From: Oscillospiraceae bacterium | GTDB lineage: Bacteria; Bacillota; Clostridia; Oscillospirales; Oscillospiraceae | Direction of reading: 5' to 3' | NCBI GenBank assembly: GCA_016302405.1 | Contig: JAEDNR010000001.1 | Span: 362-64,361 of the forward strand | DNA length: 64,000 bases | In this document: positions 50,541 through 57,412 of the stretch, in pieces | How positions within the stretch are numbered: position 1 is the stretch's first letter | Layout of the letters: every line of letters starts with the position of its first letter | The notes under the pieces: generated by a model | Told to the model about the DNA's origin: nothing | The model's input: the letters and a program-made list of their open reading frames with translations, nothing else | Database searches by the model: none | Made by a program: the position numbers and the translations under genes

Positions 50541-51995
50541 ATGATGCACGCTCTCAACGCTTTACATGATCTTGTCTGGGGCGCGCCCGGACTGATTCTG
50601 ATCCTGGGAACGGGGATCTATCTTACGGTAATCACCGGCTTTGCTCAGGTGCGGCTGTTCCTGGGAGCATTGCGCCGTTTTGCCGGAATGTTCCGTGGTT
50701 CAAAGGAAAAGAAGAACGGGATATCACCCTTTCAGGCCCTGTGTACGGCGCTGGCCGCCACGGTGGGTACCGGAAATCTGGTTGGTGTGGCGGGAGCCAT
50801 CTGCCTGGGAGGTCCCGGGGCCATTTTCTGGATGTGGGTCTGCGGTCTTGTGGGCATGGCGACAAAGTTCGCCGAAGCTACCCTGGCTGTCCGCTACCGG
50901 GTCCGCCGGGGAACGGAATTCGTGGGCGGACCCATGTACATGATCCGGCAGGGGATGGCAAAACGCTTTCATTTCCTGGCGGGGGTATATAGCTTCCTGG
51001 GCGTGATTGCTGCCTTTGGGGTGGGGAACGCCACCCAGATCAATGCGGTGGTCACCGGGATCAATAATGTTCTGACCCGGTTTGGCGGACAGGCAAGCAC
51101 CCGTGGAAATCTCTTAATGGGGCTTGTCCTTGCGGCGCTGGTGGGTGCGGCTCTTCTGGGCGGCGCGAAGCGGATCGGGCAAACGGCGGAAAAACTGGTG
51201 CCCTTCGCGTCAGCGTGCTATATTGTTCTTTGCGCGGCGCTGCTGGTGCTCCGTGCCGACGCGGTGCCCGGGGCTTTTCGGGCAATCATATTGGGTGCTT
51301 TTTCTCCCCGTGCCGTTACCGGCGGCGCTATCGGTTCCGCCTTCCGGGCGCTGAGCGTGGGCTGCTCCCGGGGGGTATTTACCAACGAAGCGGGGATGGG
51401 AACCGCGTCCATTGCCCACGCTTCCGCGGAGGTCTCCCACCCGGCGGAACAGGGGCTTATGGGGATCATGGAGGTGTTTCTGGACACCATCGTGATCTGT
51501 ACCATGACGGCGCTGGCGATCCTGTGCAGCGGCGTGCCTGTTCCCTACGGCATGGATGTGGGCGGAGATCTGACCACCGCAGCTTTTACTTTGGTTTTGG
51601 GAGACTGGGTATCCATTTTCCTGTCAATGTTTCTTACTTGCTTCGCCTTTGCCACGGTGCTGGGCTGGGGGCTGTACGGCGCCCGGTGTGGGGAATATCT
51701 CCTTGGTCCCGGCGCGTGGAAAGGATTTGCCGCGTTCCAGACCGCTGCTGTAGTGCTGGCGGCGGTTATGAAGACCGAGACGGTGTGGCAGCTTGCCGAG
51801 ACCGTGAACGGCCTCATGGCGATTCCCAATCTCATTGCCCTGCTCTGGCTCAGCCCGGAGCTGAAGCAATTGACGAAAGAATATATACATGGCGGCAGAA
51901 CCGCCAATGGAGGTACTTATGCAAATATCCATCAATGCCAATCGATGCGAACCGTCCCCCATGCGAAAATTCCACCCGCTGGCGGTGGCCGCTGA
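50541..51995 (+). CDS. Alanine/glycine:cation symporter (AGCS)
   Basis: 'ALAATVGTGN', 'GGPGAIFWMW', 'FTNEAGMG', 'MAIPNLIAL'. Confidence 0.93.
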   Translation: MMHALNALHDLVWGAPGLILILGTGIYLTVITGFAQVRLFLGALRRFAGMFRGSKEKKNGISPFQALCTALAATVGTGNLVGVAGAICLGGPGAIFWMWVCGLVGMATKFAEATLAVRYRVRRGTEFVGGPMYMIRQGMAKRFHFLAGVYSFLGVIAAFGVGNATQINAVVTGINNVLTRFGGQASTRGNLLMGLVLAALVGAALLGGAKRIGQTAEKLVPFASACYIVLCAALLVLRADAVPGAFRAIILGAFSPRAVTGGAIGSAFRALSVGCSRGVFTNEAGMGTASIAHASAEVSHPAEQGLMGIMEVFLDTIVICTMTALAILCSGVPVPYGMDVGGDLTTAAFTLVLGDWVSIFLSMFLTCFAFATVLGWGLYGARCGEYLLGPGAWKGFAAFQTAAVVLAAVMKTETVWQLAETVNGLMAIPNLIALLWLSPELKQLTKEYIHGGRTANGGTYANIHQCQSMRTVPHAKIPPAGGGR

Positions 51996-53142
51996 AAAAC
52001 GGGGAAAGAAAATCTACCACCTCAACATCGGTCAGCCGGATCTTCCTACGCCGCCCGCCTATTTTGAGGCCGTGCGGAAGTTTGACAGCCGGACCCTGGC
52101 CTATGACGCTTCCCCCGGAAACCCGGGGCTGATCGAAGCAATCCGGCGGTACTATAAGCGGCTGGATGTTGACCTGGACCCCGGTGATATTCTCATTACC
52201 ACCGGCGGCAGCGAGGCGCTGCTGCTGACCTGCCTGAGCATTCTGGACCCCTATACGGAGGTCATCATCCCCGAGCCCTACTATCCCAACTACACCACCT
52301 TCGTCCATGCTGCCGGCGGTGTTATCCGTGCCCTGCCCACCAATCCCTGGGAGGGCTACCGCTATGCCAAGCGGGAGCGGATTGAAAGCCTGATTACCAA
52401 GAATACCCGGGCCATTCTCATTACCAATCCCGGCAACCCCACCGGTGTGGTGCTGGACGAAAATGAGATGCGGATGATCGCGGACATTGCCAAGGCCCAC
52501 GACCTGTACCTGATCTGCGACGAGGTGTACCGGGAATTCTGCTACAATGAAAAGTTCGGTGTGCCGACTATGGCCAGGTTCCCTGACATTCGGGAGAATC
52601 TGGTGATCGTGGATTCCGTGTCCAAACGTTTCTCCGCCTGCGGCGCCCGGGTAGGCTGCGTGGTCACGAAGAATAAGGAGCTGCAGCAGGCTATTCTGAA
52701 GTTCTGCCAGTCCCGGCTGTCCGTTGCAACGATTGACCAGATCGGCGCTGAGGCGCTGTACTCTGTAGACCCGGAATTCTTCCGGAAGAGCAAGCAGGAA
52801 TACCGCCTGCGCCGGGATACGGTGATTTCCGGTCTGCGGAAGATTCCCGGCGTGGTGGTGGAGGAGCCCATGGGCGCCTTCTATGTAATGGCAAGCCTGC
52901 CAGTGGACGACGCGGACAAGTTCCAGCACTGGCTGCTGGAAACTTTCGACGACGATGGCGATACGGTTATGTTTGCTCCTGGCGCGCCCTTCTATGAAAC
53001 CCCCGGCAAGGGAATCAACGAGGTGCGGATTGCCTATGTGCTGAACCGGGAGGACCTGAACCGGGCGATGGAGGTTCTGGCAAAGGGCATTGCCCGGTAT
53101 CAGCGGGAGGTTATGCAGATTAACCCCCAACCCCTGGGCTGA
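51919..53142 (+). CDS. PLP-dependent class I/II aminotransferase
   Basis: 'LNIGQPD', 'NPGNPTG', 'DEVY', 'SVSKRFSACGARVG'. Confidence 0.93.
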   Translation: MQISINANRCEPSPMRKFHPLAVAAEKRGKKIYHLNIGQPDLPTPPAYFEAVRKFDSRTLAYDASPGNPGLIEAIRRYYKRLDVDLDPGDILITTGGSEALLLTCLSILDPYTEVIIPEPYYPNYTTFVHAAGGVIRALPTNPWEGYRYAKRERIESLITKNTRAILITNPGNPTGVVLDENEMRMIADIAKAHDLYLICDEVYREFCYNEKFGVPTMARFPDIRENLVIVDSVSKRFSACGARVGCVVTKNKELQQAILKFCQSRLSVATIDQIGAEALYSVDPEFFRKSKQEYRLRRDTVISGLRKIPGVVVEEPMGAFYVMASLPVDDADKFQHWLLETFDDDGDTVMFAPGAPFYETPGKGINEVRIAYVLNREDLNRAMEVLAKGIARYQREVMQINPQPLG

Positions 53143-53312
53143 TTATCCCCGAAAGCAGCGCTTTCCGGCCCTGACGCGGGAATGGAGGGAGAATCCCCCT
53201 TTTTCCGGCGGAGTCGGGCGGACGGTTTTCCGGTTTCATGCCTGTGGTTTGACCTTTTTCCTGAATGGAACGTGTGTATACTGTCTTTACTATCCGAAAG
53301 GGGAGAGGCTGT

Positions 53313-53546
53313 ATGCACAAAAGATGGGGTTGGCTGCTGTATGGGGTTGCCCTGGTTCTGGCGGTGACGCTGAGCTTTCGCAATGCCCGGGCATCGGAGG
53401 AAGCGGAGGTTCGGATCCTGGCGCAGACGGAGGCAGAAGCGCCCCAAACCGGCAGTCATCCCGCGCCGATTATCGCGGCGATGATTCTGGCTTTTTCCGG
53501 CGTGGGGCTTTCCCTGCTGGCCGAGGAAAAGGACAAGCGGGAGTAG
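53313..53546 (+). CDS. Small secreted or membrane protein with a sortase-like C-terminal signal
   Basis: Signal peptide, APQTG, hydrophobic helix, charged tail; RBS upstream. Confidence 0.6.
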   Translation: MHKRWGWLLYGVALVLAVTLSFRNARASEEAEVRILAQTEAEAPQTGSHPAPIIAAMILAFSGVGLSLLAEEKDKRE

Positions 53547-53570
53547 TTTATAAAGGGGGGGGCTTGCGCT

Positions 53571-54206
53571 GTGCTTACGATGCTGTATCTGGATGACCAA
53601 ATCGCGGTCTGCGTCAAGCCGCCGAGAGTTCTGTCAACGGATGAACCGGGGGGAATGCCTGACCTTGTCCGGCAGACCCTGGGGGACCCCTGGGCGGATG
53701 TGCGGACGGTGCACCGCTTGGACCGTGTGGTTGGCGGTGTCATGGTTCTGGCAAGAAACGCCGAAGCGGCGGCGGAGCTTTCCCGGCAGATCCGGGAGGG
53801 CAGCTTTGAAAAACGGTATCTGGCGGTGATCCACGGCCAGCCGGAGCAGGATGCGGGTTTCCTGCGGGACCTTCTGGGCAGGGACAAGGCCCGTAAGATG
53901 ACGTTTGTTGCCGAAGCCCCCGGCAAGGGGATCCAGGAGGCAGTGCTTTCTTACCGGGTGCTGAACAAGGCCGGGGATTTAAGCCGGGTGGAGGTAACGC
54001 TTTTGACCGGCAGGACCCATCAGATCCGGGTGCAGTTTGCCTCCCGGGGACAGCCCTTGGTGGGGGAGCGGAAGTACAGTACGCTTAACGATCCCTGCGA
54101 GATTGCTCTGTGGTCCTGCCTTTTGCGGTTCCGTCACCCCGTAACCGGGGAGGAACTGACCTTTACCCGATTGCCGCCGGAGGAATATCCCTGGACGGCG
54201 GTTTGA
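53571..54206 (+). CDS. RluA family pseudouridine synthase
   Basis: 'VHRLDR', 'TGRTHQIRVQ'. Confidence 0.92.
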   Translation: MLTMLYLDDQIAVCVKPPRVLSTDEPGGMPDLVRQTLGDPWADVRTVHRLDRVVGGVMVLARNAEAAAELSRQIREGSFEKRYLAVIHGQPEQDAGFLRDLLGRDKARKMTFVAEAPGKGIQEAVLSYRVLNKAGDLSRVEVTLLTGRTHQIRVQFASRGQPLVGERKYSTLNDPCEIALWSCLLRFRHPVTGEELTFTRLPPEEYPWTAV

Positions 54207-54219
54207 ACAGGAGAAAAGA

Positions 54220-54486
54220 ATGAGCCATTACGATTTTTATCAGAACCGGGAATGTGAATATTTTCCCTGTCACAAGGGCGCTGACCCGGAGCACTTTAGC
54301 TGCATGTTCTGCTACTGCCCCCTGTATGCCCTGGGAGATGGGTGCGGGGGAAATTTCCGGTACACAAAAGAGGGGATCAAGGACTGCTCCGCCTGCCTGC
54401 GGCCCCACCGCCGGGAAAATTACAGCGGCATCTGCCAGGACTTGAAAAAGGTTTTGGAGCTGGTTCGGAAGAAAGATAATCCTTGA
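54220..54486 (+). CDS. Cysteine-rich small (zinc-finger-like) protein
   Basis: 'CEYFPCH...CMFCYCPLY...KDCSAC'. Confidence 0.85.
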   Translation: MSHYDFYQNRECEYFPCHKGADPEHFSCMFCYCPLYALGDGCGGNFRYTKEGIKDCSACLRPHRRENYSGICQDLKKVLELVRKKDNP

Positions 54487-54511
54487 TTTTTTCCCGCTCC
54501 GCTGATATAAT
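54483..54511 (+). promoter_or_regulatory. SigA promoter of tRNA-Ser
   Basis: TTGATT-N17-TATAAT ending 15 nt before the tRNA. Confidence 0.7.
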
Positions 54512-54526
54512 GAGAAAGTTCGATAC

Positions 54527-54615
54527 GGAGGTGTATCGAAGTGGTCATAACGGCCCTGACTCGAAATCAGGTAGGCGGCAACGCCTCGTGGGTTCGAATC
54601 CCACCGCCTCCGCCA
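54527..54615 (+). tRNA. tRNA-Ser (CGA)
   Basis: Acceptor GGAGGTG/CGCCTCC, anticodon arm CCTGA-CT-CGA-AA-TCAGG, long variable arm, GGTTCGAATCC, encoded CCA. Confidence 0.97.
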
Positions 54616-54649
54616 AAAAAGACCGCCCCTTGTCGGGGCGGTCTTTTTT
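54616..54649 (+). terminator. tRNA terminator
   Basis: GACCGCCCC-ttgtc-GGGGCGGTC followed by T6. Confidence 0.85.
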
Positions 54650-54868
54650 GACGGCGGCGGTGGGATTCGAAAGGACGGCCCGGGCGAAGCCCGGGCAAAA
54701 AAGTGTCCGGTGGACACTTTTTTAGTCCGTGGGAGAATCCCTGCCTTTCCGAACGCAGTCCGTAGGACTGTGGGCGGAAAGGCAAATTATATAGAGAAAG
54801 CGTAAGTGGAGAGAATCTAAAGTGCATGTAACATACATGCAAAAAGCACGCTTCGGCGTGCTTTTTGC

Positions 54869-55039
54869 AATGATATCCGTTCCCTGCGGAACGGGTGATA
54901 TATCTTCGATATGATATCGCACTTTGTGCGATGATATATGCCTTTGGCATATGAGGGAACGGATATTATTTCATGCTTGCGCAGCAAGTATATCATGCGG
55001 CGTAAGCCGTATATCACGTCGCGTCAGCGATATATCATT
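54869..55039. repeat. Symmetric TGATAT-hairpin / hairpin-ATATCA array
   Basis: TGATAT at 54871, 54896, 54912, 54932; ATTTCA/ATATCA at 54968, 54990, 55011, 55032; short hairpins between them. Confidence 0.75.
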
Positions 55040-55155
55040 AAGAAATCTTCCGGGGTGTGAATCGATACGCCCAAAAAGCAAATCCATCTTTTTTGTACCC
55101 GCTTGTCAAAAAAGACCGCCTCTTTCGGGCGTTGTTCGTAAGACAGCAAAATAGA

Positions 55156-55187
55156 CAAAAGGCGTGACTTTCGGGTCACGCCTTTTG
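55156..55187 (-). terminator. Terminator downstream of the anti-sigma gene
   Basis: CAAAAGGCGTGAC-tttcgg-GTCACGCCTTTTG. Confidence 0.7.
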
Positions 55188-55356
55188 CCTTAAGAGGATA
55201 GCCGCAAAGCGGCACAAGGGATACAGTCCCTTGTTCGGAACACCATAACGCGACAGACATTCATGTGTCCGGGGCGTTTTGACTCGCGGAGCGCACATAC
55301 GGGAATACCCCGTATAGAAGTGCGCCCTAGTTCCGAAAGTGATTTCCAATAATCCT

Positions 55357-56319
55357 CTAAGAGGAAATCGTTACCGGATATTCGCAGCCGCAAATGATGA
55401 GAGCTTGAACTGTATCAAGATCGACAGGGACATCAAAAAGTGCGGTATAATCATAGTCTGCTGTTTTCGATCCTGCCTTAAAAATTGTACTTTTGTTGTA
55501 ATTTTCCAGGGCAAGGGTTGTCCCGTCTTTCAGTAGGAGCGAAACCAGAAAATCATCGGTTAATAATGAGCCGTCTATCGATTTGGGATTATACCAACGA
55601 GCGTCTATATGCAGTCCGACCGGTGAAAGAAAAATATTCTTGATGCGGTATTGCTCGCCACCTGCGTCTGTTATTTCCCGTTTTGTGACCGGTACTTTAA
55701 CGGTTTCATCCTTGTAGCGCAATGTAAATTTCAATTCCCAGGGTCCATTTGCCAAAAGTGTGCAATTCCCGTCTTCGTCTTGGATTTCAAGCTTGGCAAA
55801 GGACACGGCTGTTAATCTTCCTATAACCGGCGCACGATTTTTTACGCCCATAACAAAATACAATTTGCTTGGATCATCCTCGTATGTTACCTTGGAAAGG
55901 TATGCTCCGCCGGAGCCGCGGATATCTGGCGTCCAATTGCCAAAGTTCACACCCTCCGGGATTGGCTGTCCGTCATCCCGGGACAGGGTATATACAATTG
56001 CTACACTGTACCGGTCACCGATAATTGCGTCACAGGTGAGCGTATACCCATCGGCAGATGCTGAAACACCGACAGGGATACCAATATTGTCAACGATTTC
56101 TGTCTGAGTAGTCCCAAACAGCGGTGCCAGCAGGTTGCTCACAGCACCGGTTGTTGCTTCCGCCGTGAGTGTCATACTGACAAAAAGGAAAAAGCATGCT
56201 GCAATCGCTCCCCACCGGAACCAGATGGATTTACTTGTCTTCTTTCCTTTATGTTCACTGCGTTCTAAGATGTCATCATCCACTTCTCCCAATGCTGTAT
56301 ATAAATCCTTTCTATTCAT
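55357..56319 (-). CDS. Putative anti-sigma factor (DUF4179-like)
   Basis: 'ALGEVDDDIL' N-terminus, single TM helix, extracellular domain; overlaps the ECF sigma stop. Confidence 0.8.
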   Translation of the reverse strand: MNRKDLYTALGEVDDDILERSEHKGKKTSKSIWFRWGAIAACFFLFVSMTLTAEATTGAVSNLLAPLFGTTQTEIVDNIGIPVGVSASADGYTLTCDAIIGDRYSVAIVYTLSRDDGQPIPEGVNFGNWTPDIRGSGGAYLSKVTYEDDPSKLYFVMGVKNRAPVIGRLTAVSFAKLEIQDEDGNCTLLANGPWELKFTLRYKDETVKVPVTKREITDAGGEQYRIKNIFLSPVGLHIDARWYNPKSIDGSLLTDDFLVSLLLKDGTTLALENYNKSTIFKAGSKTADYDYTALFDVPVDLDTVQALIICGCEYPVTISS

Positions 56320-56875
56320 GGACATATCCCTCCTTTATCAGAGCACATTTAAGTTTCTTACGAGTTCGGCTGAGAATTACCATTATATTGTTTTCGGTCA
56401 AGCCATATCGCTCCGCAATGACAGGAATCGGTTCGGTGAAAAAATAGCGTCTGACGAACACATTGCCATCCCGTTCCGGAAGCTTTTTCACAAAACAGCT
56501 TATGTACCCCACTAGTTCCTTTGCTTCGTAAGCAGACTCTATATCTGTCTCATTGGCAATACACTCAGCCAACTCATCCAGTACAAGACTGATCTCTCCG
56601 CTTCCGCGTTTTTGGGCTGAGCGTGCGTTAAAACGGTTGAAGGATAAATTGCGTGTGATTTTCGCAAGGAACATGCGAAGCTGGGCGGGCCGTTGGGGGG
56701 GCATAGCGTTCCAAGCATGAAGCCATGTGTCATTTACGCATTCTTCAGCGTCCTCATTGCTATGAAGAATACTGTCAGCAATGCGAAAACAGTAAGCGCC
56801 ATATTTTCTGTTCGATTCCGCTATGGCATCGGGATCTTTCTGCCAGTAGAGATCAATGATTTGGCTATCTTCCAT
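56312..56875 (-). CDS. ECF family RNA polymerase sigma factor
   Basis: 'EDAEECVNDTWL', 'KITRNLS', 'LSRTRKKL'. Confidence 0.92.
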   Translation of the reverse strand: MEDSQIIDLYWQKDPDAIAESNRKYGAYCFRIADSILHSNEDAEECVNDTWLHAWNAMPPQRPAQLRMFLAKITRNLSFNRFNARSAQKRGSGEISLVLDELAECIANETDIESAYEAKELVGYISCFVKKLPERDGNVFVRRYFFTEPIPVIAERYGLTENNIMVILSRTRKKLKCALIKEGYVHE

Positions 56876-57412
56876 AACCATGCCTCCTTGTTCAAAGGTA
56901 CCTTCACTCTATATGACAAGAAATAGGTGCTGTACCTTACAAATAATTGAAGATTTCATTTTTAAAAGGCACTTTTTATAATTCTCAAAAACATGTAAAG
57001 CCGAAATTTTGAATTCTATTCTGGATGCGGGTTTATCTGACTTCGCATCTATTGTAACCGTAAAGTCGGGATTCGTCCATTCTTTTTAATGCGGGCAAAA
57101 AATAAGCGATACCCAGTCAAAATGACCAGGTATCGCCTATTTTCTTGTTACCAACCCCCAAGACAGATGCCGTAAGAAATAATTCATAAAATTACTGTGT
57201 TACGGACACCCGCCTTTGTCGGGGCGGTCTTTTTTGACGGCGGCGGTGGGATTCGAAAGGACGGCCCGGGCAAAAAGTAAGGGGTGGAAGAGACAGCCTT
57301 TCTGCAAATACTCGATAAATAAAAACAGCGGCAGAGAATGGAAATCCCAATCTCTGCCGCTGCATTTACTTGGTTACAAGCTGTGAAAGAAGACCGATGG
57401 GAGTGTCAGCAA

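Larger units (their letters stand above)
54630..57271. mobile_element. tRNA-adjacent genomic islet bounded by 56-bp direct repeats; no integrase
   Basis: 54630-54685 is identical to 57216-57271; interior visibly more AT-rich than the flanks. Confidence 0.7.

Noticed and set aside
54869..55039. Possible mini-CRISPR array
   Set aside because: The repeats are only 6-7 nt, switch orientation midway, have self-complementary spacers, and no cas genes are present.
56940..57215. Integrase or recombinase remnant at the islet end
   Set aside because: No recognisable reading frame or motif; only a terminator-like hairpin at about 57097-57145.
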